A program made the position numbers and the translations under genes. The notes beneath the pieces are model-generated. The model saw nothing but the letters and a program-made list of their open reading frames with translations, had not been told where the DNA came from and searched no databases. From positions 1 to 44,806 of IMG/VR virus record IMGVR_UViG_3300045988_038198: a DNA stretch of 44,806 bases; one strand, written 5' to 3'. This DNA comes from a virus. Shown piece after piece: positions 1 to 8,449 of this stretch (the stretch's first letter is position 1; each line of letters starts with the position of its first letter).

Positions 1-89
1 ATTTACAAGCAATCAAAGCCGTGAGGAAGCCGTGAGAAACGGACAAAAAGGCGGTATTGCATCTGGATATTCTAGGCGACAAAAAAAAG
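1..89. repeat. Terminal overlap identical to 44718..44806; indicates a circular or circularly permuted genome with 44717 bp of unique sequence
   Basis: Direct comparison of both window ends shows the same 89 nt (atttacaagcaatcaaagcc...ggcgacaaaaaaaag). Confidence 0.95.
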
Positions 90-1525
90 CCCTTTCTGAT
101 TATGTAAAAATTATAGCCGAAAGTCCTGCATCAAGTACTGCAAAAAAGAAACTTGCAAAAATGGGGATTGCTGACGAAGACGCAAATAACATGGCAGTCG
201 TAGCAACTTCTCTGTATAAAAAAGCGGCAGATGGAAATATACAGGCTATCGAAAAATGGGAGCAGCTAACAGCAGCTTTAAAAGACGATGATGAAAAATA
301 TGAACTTCCTGCCAGAGTACTTGGCAAGGCGTTCGTGGATATTAACCGACAGATTAAGCCTAACATTGAATATGTATTTGAGGGCGGTCGTGGTGGCCTA
401 AAATCGTCGTTTGTAGCCTTTAAGATTGTTGAGCTTATCAAGAATAATCCCCAGATGCACGCCTGCATTACAAGACAAGTAGCCGGTACTCTGAAAGATT
501 CTGTATACGCTAACATGAAATGGGCTATCAACGAACTTGGACTGATGGAAGAATTTGAATGCAAGGTGTCACCACTTGAGATCAAGTATATTAAGACTGG
601 ACAGACAATATACTTCCGTGGTCTGGACGATGAAACCAAACTGAAATCTATTAAGCCGGAGTTTGGGTATATCGGAATCCTCTGGAAAGAGGAAAAAGAT
701 CAAATGAAGGGAGACGCTCAGGAACGTTCTGTTAATCAGTCAGTGCTTCGTGGCGGCGATGAATCCTATGATTTTTCATCGTATAACCCGCCAAAATCAA
801 AATCAAACTGGGTAAACAGGATTAAGCTCATACCTAACCCGAAAAGAGTTATCCATCATTCAAGTTATCTGGAAGCCCCGGCGGAGTGGCTCGGACAGAA
901 GTTTATTGACGATGCAGCGCATCTGAAAGAAATCAATCCAGAAGCCTATGAGCATGAATACCTGGGTGTTCCAAATGGTGACGGTGGAAACGTATTTGAA
1001 TATCTGGAAATCAGAGATATTACAGATGAAGAGATCAGTCACATGGACAAAATATTTCAGGGGTGTGACTGGGGATTTTTTCCTGATCCGTATGCTTTTA
1101 TTCGTTTGTATTACAATCATAACACTGAAAAGATATATCTCATTGATGAAATTTGCGAAAATAAATGGAGCAATAGGAAATCAGCAGACGAGATTCTAAA
1201 AAGAAAATATGATGATTATACTATTACTTGCGATTCTGCTGAACCTAAATCAATCAATGATTATAGAGATTTTGGACTCCCGGCAAGGGGCGCAATAAAA
1301 GGGCCTGGGAGTGTGGAATATTCTATGAAATGGCTTCAAACAAGAACTATTGTTATTGACCCTAAGAGAACGCCTAATGCTTATAAAGAGTTTTCGGAAT
1401 ACGAATACGAAAGAGATAAAGACGGAAACGTTATAAGCGGATATCCTGATGAGAATAACCATTTAATCGATGCCTGTAGATATGCAACAGAGTCGCTATG
1501 GAGGAGAAGAGGAAACAATGCATAA
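1..1525 (+). CDS. terL: Terminase large subunit (PBSX/XtmB-like); 5' end removed by linearisation (see 44692..44806)
   Basis: The frame of ORF 32..1525 is open back to base 2. It has a Walker-A-like GGRGGLKS and a C-terminal nuclease-type DENNHLIDACRYA. It is the first gene of the late operon and is followed by the portal gene. Confidence 0.9.
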   Translation, partial: FTSNQSREEAVRNGQKGGIASGYSRRQKKALSDYVKIIAESPASSTAKKKLAKMGIADEDANNMAVVATSLYKKAADGNIQAIEKWEQLTAALKDDDEKYELPARVLGKAFVDINRQIKPNIEYVFEGGRGGLKSSFVAFKIVELIKNNPQMHACITRQVAGTLKDSVYANMKWAINELGLMEEFECKVSPLEIKYIKTGQTIYFRGLDDETKLKSIKPEFGYIGILWKEEKDQMKGDAQERSVNQSVLRGGDESYDFSSYNPPKSKSNWVNRIKLIPNPKRVIHHSSYLEAPAEWLGQKFIDDAAHLKEINPEAYEHEYLGVPNGDGGNVFEYLEIRDITDEEISHMDKIFQGCDWGFFPDPYAFIRLYYNHNTEKIYLIDEICENKWSNRKSADEILKRKYDDYTITCDSAEPKSINDYRDFGLPARGAIKGPGSVEYSMKWLQTRTIVIDPKRTPNAYKEFSEYEYERDKDGNVISGYPDENNHLIDACRYATESLWRRRGNNA

Positions 1526-1854
1526 TGAGTAAAATAGGAATAGAACTACCGAAAGAGTATTCGGATAGATTTGACAAATTGCGTCAGAATCGAGTAGAAG
1601 TCAGCTTTTACAAATATGGCACAGCAGCAGACAACTTTGGAATGAAATTAGTAGATGCACTTGAATCACACGATATGTGCATTAAAAAATATAAAGAAAC
1701 TGGAAACACAGAATATCTTTGCGATGCAGCAAATTATCTCATGTTTGAATTTATGTATCCACAGATTCCGAATGCATTTTTCAAAGCAACAGATAGCGGA
1801 GAGAGTGCCGGAGTTGCCGGGACGCCAATAAATCAGCTAAAAGAAAAATGGTGA
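1525..1854 (+). CDS. Hypothetical protein (109 aa)
   Basis: The ATG at 1525 overlaps the terL stop (TAATG). ORF-track ORF 1498..1854 was trimmed to that ATG. No confident motif. Confidence 0.6.
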   Translation: MSKIGIELPKEYSDRFDKLRQNRVEVSFYKYGTAADNFGMKLVDALESHDMCIKKYKETGNTEYLCDAANYLMFEFMYPQIPNAFFKATDSGESAGVAGTPINQLKEKW

Positions 1855-1858
1855 CTAA

Positions 1859-3346
1859 ATGGGACTTATAACAACACTAAAAAGGTGGTTTAACATGATA
1901 TTCAAAAAACAAGCCGAAGAGGATTTTAATATCCAGGCGGCAGAATTTCCAGAAATGGAATCACTGATTAACCGGTGCGCGAACATTTACAGAGGAGTTC
2001 CGGAATGGTTAGACGACAAGAATAATATCAAGACGATTAATTTTGCAAAATCTGTGTGTTCTGAGACTGCCAGACTTGCAACACTGGCGATTGGCATTCA
2101 GATAGATGGTTCTGCAAGGGCAACATGGTTACAGGAGCAGATTGACAAGGTATATTTTCAAATCCGGCACTGGGTAGAATATGGCTGTGCTTACGGAACA
2201 GTGTTCATTAAGCCAAACGGTGAGAGCCTTGACATATTCACTCCGGCAGATGTGATGATTGTGGATTACGACAATCAGGAGATCAAAGGGATTATATTCA
2301 AGGATTCTTATACTGTTGGACGAAAATACTACACAAGGCTCGAATATCATAGATTTGTTGAGACTACAATAGATGGTGTGACAACTTATCCGTATTATGT
2401 TTCTAACAGAGCCTATGTATCAAAATCTCCTCAAAGCATCGGAGACAAGATTGACCTTAAACAGACAAAGTGGGCTGACCTAATGGCAGACACTCCGCCG
2501 ATTATTAAGGCGAACGGTGAGAAGCTGGACGGGCCTCTGTACGGAGTACTGCGGACACCGCAGGCTAACAATGTGGATATTAGCACGCCACTGGGACTTC
2601 CGATATTTGCGGAAGCTATAGAAGAATTAAAAGACCTGGACATTGCATACAGCCGAAATGCAAAAGAAATCCTTGATTCTAAGCGGACTGTTCTAGCAGA
2701 TGACAGATTGTTGATGCCGAGTGGTTCACCTGTCTCCGCTATGACACCACAGGCAATGGAACATAGATGTTCAGAAATGAGCTTGCCGGATTATGTAAAA
2801 AATGTATTCGGACAGGATGAAAAAGAGTTTTACAAGGAAATCAATCCAATTCTCAACACAGATACCCGTATAAGCGGCATAAACGCCATTTTAAGCCAGT
2901 TAGGGTACAAGATTGGATTCTCCAACGGGTACTTTGTTTTTAATGAAAAAACCGGTATGGTGACGGCTACGCAGGTAGAAGCAGACGACCGACGGACAAT
3001 CCAGTTGATTAAGGATGTTAGAGATAAGCTAGAATGTTGCTTGAATGACACTATATACGCCCTAAATACATTTGCAGATTTGTATGGCATTGCACCAGAT
3101 TCTAACTGGATTTACGACGAAAAGAAAAAGAAATATGTCCAGTATATAGTTAATTATGATTTTGGCGATTTTACATACAACAGAGAAGAAGACAGGATGG
3201 CGTGGTACAGTTATGTAAATTCCGGGCATGTAGCATTTTGGCGTTATTTGATGAAATTTTATGGATATACCGAAGAGGAAGCAAAAAAAATTTCACAAGA
3301 AGCCAAAGAGGAAAACAAAACGAGAGGTTTTTTTGAAGAAGAGTAA
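1859..3346 (+). CDS. Portal protein (SPP1 gp6-like size and position)
   Basis: A 495-aa ORF immediately after the terminase and before the MuF-like gene. Confidence 0.8.
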   Translation: MGLITTLKRWFNMIFKKQAEEDFNIQAAEFPEMESLINRCANIYRGVPEWLDDKNNIKTINFAKSVCSETARLATLAIGIQIDGSARATWLQEQIDKVYFQIRHWVEYGCAYGTVFIKPNGESLDIFTPADVMIVDYDNQEIKGIIFKDSYTVGRKYYTRLEYHRFVETTIDGVTTYPYYVSNRAYVSKSPQSIGDKIDLKQTKWADLMADTPPIIKANGEKLDGPLYGVLRTPQANNVDISTPLGLPIFAEAIEELKDLDIAYSRNAKEILDSKRTVLADDRLLMPSGSPVSAMTPQAMEHRCSEMSLPDYVKNVFGQDEKEFYKEINPILNTDTRISGINAILSQLGYKIGFSNGYFVFNEKTGMVTATQVEADDRRTIQLIKDVRDKLECCLNDTIYALNTFADLYGIAPDSNWIYDEKKKKYVQYIVNYDFGDFTYNREEDRMAWYSYVNSGHVAFWRYLMKFYGYTEEEAKKISQEAKEENKTRGFFEEE

Positions 3347-3412
3347 TGAGATTAGAGCAATGGTTAAAGAAGCCCAGCCAGACGAGCCGAAACTGTTTGG
3401 AGATGAGTAATT

Positions 3413-4642
3413 ATGTTAAGCCCAGAATATTTACGCCGGATAACAGAGGGCAGTGAGCAGATTGCGGAAGAACTGCATCAATATATCATCTCTGAGATCG
3501 TGTCTCGAATGATGACAAGAATCGGCAGAGGTGAGGATTATATTCTGACTAATGCCGATGCGTGGAGAATCAGAACGCTACAGGAATCTGGTGAGCTGCT
3601 AGAGGACATTCTGGCAGAATTATCCAGATACACCAAACGCGAACAGCAGGAACTCCTTGAAGCGTTTGAAGATGCCGGTATCACTGCGATGAACTACGAT
3701 GATAAGATATACAAAGCGGCAGGATTAAGTCCCGTACCGCTCGAACAGTCTCCAGCTATGATAAGACTCATGGAGCGAAATATGCTTGCTACAATGGGAG
3801 AATGGCGGAACTTCACAAGGGCAACTGCAAATGTGGCTCAAAGGCTTTATATTGAGCAATGCGACCTTGCATACAATCATGTGATGACTGGAGCAGTTGG
3901 GTATACGCAAGCCATCAAAGAGGCGGTTAATAACGTTGTGAGTGATGGTGTTACGGTCACATATCCATCTGGCAGAAAAGACACGATCGAAACAGCAGTC
4001 GCACGTTCTGTCAGAACTGGTGTGGCACAGGCTACTGGAGATATATCCCTCAAGCGCATGGAAGAAATGGACTGGGATTTAGTTCTGGTCAGTGCTCACA
4101 TGGGAGCCAGAACAGGTGACGGCGGTGAGAACCCGGGAAATCACGCATGGTGGCAAGGAAAGATATACTCTCGTTCTGGCAAGAGCAAGAAATTTCCGCC
4201 ATTCTCATTGACCGGATACGGAACGGCAAGTGGATTGTCAGGGGTCAACTGTCGGCATAGTTTTGGAGCCAGTGATGGAGAATTTAATCCCTATACAGAA
4301 CTATCAGCGCAGGACAAAGCCAACAAAGGTAAACAGTACGAAAAAGAACAGCGACAGCGCACTTATGAGCGAAGAATCCGAAAAACAAAGCGTGAAGTCC
4401 TTGGAATGCAAGCGGCGGTTGATAACTGCAAAGACGAACAGGCAAAATTCGCATTACAGCAAGACCTTGACCGGAAGTCTTATCTTTTGCAGAAACAAAA
4501 TGCTGCATACAAGGAATACTGCAAGCAGAATGATCTAAGAGAGCTGCAAGACCGACTTATGATAGCTAAATGGAACCACCAGAATGCTGCAAAAGTTAGA
4601 GGAGCGGCAAAGAGATATAAAACAGCAAAGGGGATTGACTGA
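3413..4642 (+). CDS. Head morphogenesis / minor capsid protein, Mu F / SPP1 gp7 family
   Basis: Position after the portal gene, the conserved GVNCRHS motif, and a K/R/Q/E-rich coiled-coil tail. Confidence 0.8.
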   Translation: MLSPEYLRRITEGSEQIAEELHQYIISEIVSRMMTRIGRGEDYILTNADAWRIRTLQESGELLEDILAELSRYTKREQQELLEAFEDAGITAMNYDDKIYKAAGLSPVPLEQSPAMIRLMERNMLATMGEWRNFTRATANVAQRLYIEQCDLAYNHVMTGAVGYTQAIKEAVNNVVSDGVTVTYPSGRKDTIETAVARSVRTGVAQATGDISLKRMEEMDWDLVLVSAHMGARTGDGGENPGNHAWWQGKIYSRSGKSKKFPPFSLTGYGTASGLSGVNCRHSFGASDGEFNPYTELSAQDKANKGKQYEKEQRQRTYERRIRKTKREVLGMQAAVDNCKDEQAKFALQQDLDRKSYLLQKQNAAYKEYCKQNDLRELQDRLMIAKWNHQNAAKVRGAAKRYKTAKGID

Positions 4643-5025
4643 TGGATAGATGGGAATATTTCAACCCTAATCCTGTTAAGGATAAGAGAACAGGAGATTG
4701 CGTTGTCCGGGCAATATGCAAGGCAACCGGTTTTGACTGGGAAACGGTATTCGCCGGATTAATGATACAGGCATGTGCTCTGTCAGATATGCCGAGTGCA
4801 AATTATGTCTGGGGAGCGTACCTCTATAAACATGGGTACAGACGCAAACTGATTGAGCAATCAGAACAGTATATCTATACAGTCAATGATTTTTGCGCAG
4901 ACCATCCGACAGGTACATACATTTTATGCATAGATGGCCATGCAGTGACGGTACAGAATGGTAAATATTACGATACATGGGATAGTGGTAATGAGATCCC
5001 GGTATACTACTGGGAAAAGGAGTAG
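4642..5025 (+). CDS. Hypothetical protein, possible Cys/His (papain-like) fold
   Basis: ATGA overlap with the MuF gene stop. Contains GDCVVRAI ... IDGHAVTV ... DTWD. Confidence 0.6.
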   Translation: MDRWEYFNPNPVKDKRTGDCVVRAICKATGFDWETVFAGLMIQACALSDMPSANYVWGAYLYKHGYRRKLIEQSEQYIYTVNDFCADHPTGTYILCIDGHAVTVQNGKYYDTWDSGNEIPVYYWEKE

Positions 5026-5029
5026 CTAA

Positions 5030-5335
5030 ATGAGTATATCAGAATTTGTACAGATTTTCCTTTCTATCTGCGGAGGGGTGTCTATTGTCGGAGGCGCGGC
5101 AGCCGTAATCTTTAAGTGGATTACTCCGGCATTTCGACTCAACAAGCGAGTTGAGACACTGGAAGAACATGATAAGCGAGATTACGAGAGTCTTCAGAGG
5201 ATCGCGGAACGTGATTCATTGATTTTGGAAGTGCTATCAACCATGTTGGATAGTCAGATTAGTGGGAATAATGTAGAAGAATTAAAAAAAACAAAACAGA
5301 AGCTTACAAATTATCTTGCGCAGAATCAACGTTAG
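5030..5335 (+). CDS. Membrane-anchored coiled-coil protein
   Basis: N-terminal TM helix (IFLSICGGVSIVGGAAAVIF) followed by a charged helical region. Confidence 0.6.
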   Translation: MSISEFVQIFLSICGGVSIVGGAAAVIFKWITPAFRLNKRVETLEEHDKRDYESLQRIAERDSLILEVLSTMLDSQISGNNVEELKKTKQKLTNYLAQNQR

Positions 5336-5355
5336 CATTAGTAAGGGGTATGCTC

Positions 5356-5556
5356 ATGAAATTATATGTGTTCACGAAGAAAGATATAGACAGATTCTTG
5401 ATAGAGTGTAATTTCACACCGGACGAAGAAAGATTGTTCCGACTGAGATGTAAAGAACATACGCTCGAATACTGCGCTGAGCAGATGAACGTGAGTATAT
5501 CTACCGTAAAGAGATTAAGCAGAAGAGTAAACAGTAAGATTATAAAAGTATGCTAA
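5356..5556 (+). CDS. Small sigma-70 region-4 / LuxR-like HTH protein (66 aa)
   Basis: RBS AAGGGG lies 7 nt before the ATG at 5356. The sequence LTPDEERLFRLRCKEHTLEYCAEQMNVSISTVKRLSRRV fits a region-4-type HTH. Confidence 0.6.
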   Translation: MKLYVFTKKDIDRFLIECNFTPDEERLFRLRCKEHTLEYCAEQMNVSISTVKRLSRRVNSKIIKVC

Positions 5557-5581
5557 AAGGAGAGGCAATTTACCCCTCCTT
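5557..5581. terminator. Bidirectional hairpin between convergent genes
   Basis: AAGGAGAGG-caatttac-CCCCTCCTT (8 of 9 pairs) followed by a T-run on + and preceded by an A-run. Confidence 0.6.
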
Positions 5582-5585
5582 CTTT

Positions 5586-5753
5586 TTATGCAAAATCTTC
5601 TTTTACAGCTCTTTCAAGCAATAAAATTACGTATTCTGGTGGATTTCTTTTACCGCCTTCCCAGTTTTCAATTGTCCTTTTGGGAATTTTGTATTTATCG
5701 GAAAAAGCCTGCTGGCTTAACCCGGAAATTAATCTAATTTCTTTGATGCTCAT
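5586..5753 (-). CDS. XRE-type HTH protein, 55 aa (aca-like terminal gene of the leftward cassette)
   Basis: Hand translation gives MSIKEIRLISGLSQQAFSDKYKIPKRTIENWEGGKRNPPEYVILLLERAVKEDFA. It is below the 60-aa cutoff of the ORF track. RBS is GAAAGGAAC. Confidence 0.7.
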   Translation of the reverse strand: MSIKEIRLISGLSQQAFSDKYKIPKRTIENWEGGKRNPPEYVILLLERAVKEDFA

Positions 5754-5775
5754 ATTGTTCCTTTCTTTCTTCTTT

Positions 5776-5991
5776 TTATTTCCAACGCTTCACAATGCCT
5801 CCGTCGTAATGATCGGGCGTGTCCTCGTCCGGATTGATGCTTTCCAGCACGTAAAACTCCGATCTGTGTTTCTTTTCGCACCTTGTTAGATGCTCTCATT
5901 GTCCATCCGCTTCCTGAAGGGCTTCTTCTTTGTTCTCAAATTCATCGGTGAAACAATCACCGTCTGTATAATCCATAATTATATACTTCAT
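5776..5991 (-). CDS. Small acidic protein whose ORF is interrupted by an in-frame TGA at 5896..5898
   Basis: GGAGG lies 7-8 nt before the ATG at 5991. Triplet-by-triplet reading gives MKYIIMDYTDGDCFTDEFENKEEALQEADGQ*EHLTRCEKKHRSEFYVLESINPDEDTPDHYDGGIVKRWK*. Confidence 0.55.
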
Positions 5992-6002
5992 TTTCCTGCC
6001 TC

Positions 6003-6236
6003 CTAGTTAATCCCGATAACTTTGACTCGGGTCTGTAAAATATCCTCCGTGGGCTCCAGGATTTCAAAGTCAACGATAAGCTCCTCGCCGTCCTGATATA
6101 CGGCGATTGCTCCGGACTCTAACAGCTCTTCCCCGTCCCCGTCTCCGTACCAGAGCTGACCGAAATAGTATTCCTCTCCGACCTCTATTGTGTCGTTCTG
6201 TCCGTAAACGTAAGATAATGTGTTTAATTTTATCAT
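6003..6236 (-). CDS. Small, highly acidic protein (77 aa; 17 D/E vs 3 K/R)
   Basis: ORF-track ORF. RBS AAGGAGG lies 8 nt before the ATG. It is the first gene after the leftward promoter. Confidence 0.7.
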   Translation of the reverse strand: MIKLNTLSYVYGQNDTIEVGEEYYFGQLWYGDGDGEELLESGAIAVYQDGEELIVDFEILEPTEDILQTRVKVIGIN

Positions 6237-6281
6237 TTTTTATTCCTCCTTGATTTTTTGTTCTTCCCTGTTTCTGATGTT

Positions 6282-6310
6282 ATCATACCACTCAGTGGGT
6301 GATATGTCAA
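6282..6310 (-). promoter_or_regulatory. Leftward sigma-70-type promoter TTGACA-17-TATGAT with the palindrome CCACTcAGTGG in its spacer
   Basis: On the + strand, tgtcaa is at 6305..6310 and atcata at 6282..6287. The palindrome is at 6288..6298. Confidence 0.7.
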
Positions 6311-6387
6311 TACTTTTTTGATACTTTTTTGAACTTCTTAGATTAATACTTTTATGCAAAAATATAATCAGAAAGGCGGTGTATAAG

Positions 6388-6858
6388 ATGGCATTATATA
6401 ACAATCCTTATCAATATAGTTTTGGCGTTCCGGGGCAGATGAACCAGTTCCAGCAACAGCCTGTCCAGATTCCAGCTCAACCAGTACAGCAACCACAGCA
6501 GAATAATAGCGGTATCCTGTGGGTATCCGGCGAAGTCGGCGCAAAATCCTATCTGGTAGCACCCGGGACAAGTGTTTTGCTGATGGACAGCGAAAGTGAA
6601 AAGTTCTACATAAAATCCACAGATGTATCCGGTATGCCACAACCACTGCGGACATTTGAATACCACGAGGTAGGTTCTCAGATGCCGCCTAAGCAGCCTG
6701 TTCAGAACATGGACAGTAAATATGTTACTCGACAGGAATACGATGATTTGAAAGGCAAATACGAAGTTATCATAAACCGATTAAATTCATTTTCTGAACC
6801 TGTTAGGGCTAATACCGTACAGGAATCAGCGACCAAGGGAGGAAATGCAGATGAGTAA
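6388..6858 (+). CDS. Q/P-rich N-terminus protein (156 aa), function unknown
   Basis: ATG at 6388 follows AAAGGCGG. N-terminus is MALYNNPYQYSFGVPGQMNQFQQQPVQIPAQPVQQPQQNN. Confidence 0.65.
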   Translation: MALYNNPYQYSFGVPGQMNQFQQQPVQIPAQPVQQPQQNNSGILWVSGEVGAKSYLVAPGTSVLLMDSESEKFYIKSTDVSGMPQPLRTFEYHEVGSQMPPKQPVQNMDSKYVTRQEYDDLKGKYEVIINRLNSFSEPVRANTVQESATKGGNADE

Positions 6859-7072
6859 TCCATTATTTAACGCACTTGGCGGCGGGATGCCGCAGGGAAA
6901 CGGACCAATGCAGATGATACAACAGTTTATGCAGTTTAAACAGAATTTTAAGGGAGATCCGAAAGCAGAAGTCGAGAAAATGTTGCAGTCTGGAAAGATT
7001 TCTCAACAGCAGCTCAATCAAGTTCAACAGATGGCAGGGCAATTCCAGCACATGTTGAAAGGAATGAAATAG
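6851..7072 (+). CDS. Q/M-rich small protein (73 aa; 15 Q, 9 M)
   Basis: ATG at 6851 lies 8 nt after AAGGGAGG and overlaps the stop of the previous gene. Confidence 0.6.
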   Translation: MSNPLFNALGGGMPQGNGPMQMIQQFMQFKQNFKGDPKAEVEKMLQSGKISQQQLNQVQQMAGQFQHMLKGMK

Positions 7073-7079
7073 TACATTA

Positions 7080-7095
7080 CAATCTGGCCAGATTG
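7080..7095. repeat. Perfect 16-bp palindrome CAATCTGGCCAGATTG
   Basis: Read directly in the 7073..7124 spacer. Confidence 0.8.
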
Positions 7096-7124
7096 ATGTA
7101 AATACACAAAAAGGAGATTATATT

Positions 7125-7904
7125 ATGGATGGAAATTATAGCTTAGCAGATATTGCCGCTGCTACTGGAAACGGTAGAAATAATGACGGCATGTTTGGCG
7201 GAGATGGTAGCTGGTGGATTATTGTTTTATTCATTTTTGCTTTCTTCGGATGGGGAAACAACGGCTGGGGCAATAATGGAAACGGCGGCGGATATGCAGC
7301 CACAGCAGCTACTCAGGCAGATATTCAGAGAGGATTTGATAATTCCGCAGTAATCAGCAAACTTGACGGAATCAATAGCGGCCTGTGCGATGGCTTCTAC
7401 GCCATGAATAACGGTATGCTTACCGGATTTAACGGAATCAACACCAACATCATGCAGACTGGCTTCGGCATCCAGCAGGCTATTAACGCTGACACTGTAG
7501 CAAATATGCAGAATACCAATGCACTCCAGGCACAGCTTGCAAACTGCTGCTGCGAAACCAGAGAAGCAATCCAGGGCATAAACTATAATATGGCACAGAA
7601 TACCTGTGCATTGCAGAACACCATGAACAGTAACACAAGAGACATTATCGACAGCCAGAACGCCGGAACAAGGGCAATCCTTGATTACCTGTGCAACGAG
7701 AAGATTTCTTCCTTACAGGCTGAAAACAATGATCTCAGACGTGCTGCTTCTCAGGACCGCCAGAGCGCACTTCTCACAACTGCAATGGCTTCACAGACAC
7801 AGCAGCTCATTAATGCGATTAATCCAGCACCGATTCCAGCATATCAGGTTCCTAACCCGAACACATATTACGGATGTGGATGCAATGCTGGGTGCAATTG
7901 TTAA
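7125..7904 (+). CDS. N/Q/G-rich membrane protein with a Cys-rich tail (259 aa)
   Basis: RBS AAAGGAG. Contains a TM segment (WWIIVLFIFAFFGW), GWGNNGWGNNGNGGG, an internal CCCE and the C-terminus YYGCGCNAGCNC. Confidence 0.7.
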   Translation: MDGNYSLADIAAATGNGRNNDGMFGGDGSWWIIVLFIFAFFGWGNNGWGNNGNGGGYAATAATQADIQRGFDNSAVISKLDGINSGLCDGFYAMNNGMLTGFNGINTNIMQTGFGIQQAINADTVANMQNTNALQAQLANCCCETREAIQGINYNMAQNTCALQNTMNSNTRDIIDSQNAGTRAILDYLCNEKISSLQAENNDLRRAASQDRQSALLTTAMASQTQQLINAINPAPIPAYQVPNPNTYYGCGCNAGCNC

Positions 7905-7969
7905 CAACTTCATATCGAGAGTATCTTTCGATTGATTTCGGATGTCGGCTTATGCCGTATTACACAGAG

Positions 7970-7993
7970 GGGCAGGCTGAGACCTGTCCTTTT
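7970..7993 (+). terminator. Rho-independent terminator
   Basis: GGGCAGG-ctgaga-CCTGTCC followed by TTTT. Confidence 0.65.
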
Positions 7994-8015
7994 GTGATAT
8001 GAAAGGAGTATTTTT

Positions 8016-8438
8016 ATGGCAGAATTTACAAATGTAGCTGCTCAGACTGTAGCAGCAAATGGAAACGTAGTATTTTCAAACACAGCAGTCAAAGGTTCTA
8101 ACTGTATTCAACACAGAGAGGGAAGCGGAATCATTACCCTGAGAGGGCTTACTAACCAGTGTAAAGCAAGATTTTTCGTGGATTTTTCTGGCAATATCGC
8201 AATTCCAACAGGCGGTACTGTCGGAGCTATTTCTCTGGCTATTGCAATCTCTGGCGAACCTGTATTATCTTCACAGATGATTTCCACACCGGCAGCAGTA
8301 GACCAGTACAACAATGTGTCCTCTGGCATCTATATTGATGTACCTCGCGGATGTTGCGTTAATATCGCAGTAGAGAACACAAGCAATCAGGCTATTTCTG
8401 TTGCGAACGCAAACATTGTCGTAACCAGAGAAGCGTAG
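8016..8438 (+). CDS. Beta-rich 140-aa protein with a C1q/TNF-like (BclA C-terminal-domain-like) sequence pattern
   Basis: RBS GAAAGGAG. The alternating strand pattern NVVFSNTAVKG..GIITLRG..ARFFVDFSGNIAI..ISLAIAISGEPV..GIYIDVPRGCCVNIAVEN..ANIVVTR was recognised by eye only. Confidence 0.5.
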   Translation: MAEFTNVAAQTVAANGNVVFSNTAVKGSNCIQHREGSGIITLRGLTNQCKARFFVDFSGNIAIPTGGTVGAISLAIAISGEPVLSSQMISTPAAVDQYNNVSSGIYIDVPRGCCVNIAVENTSNQAISVANANIVVTREA

Positions 8439-8449
8439 GAGGTGTGATT

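Noticed and set aside
1-89. The 89-nt terminal direct repeat as a biological DTR or cos end
   Set aside because: The repeat falls inside the terminase coding sequence and simply restores its reading frame. This is what an assembler overlap of a circular or circularly permuted (headful, PBSX-type terminase) genome looks like. Physical ends cannot be deduced from this sequence.
3360-3410. A 16-codon ORF (MVKEAQPDEPKLFGDE) between the portal and MuF-like genes
   Set aside because: It is too short, has no convincing RBS and sits in a 66-nt spacer. It was treated as non-coding.
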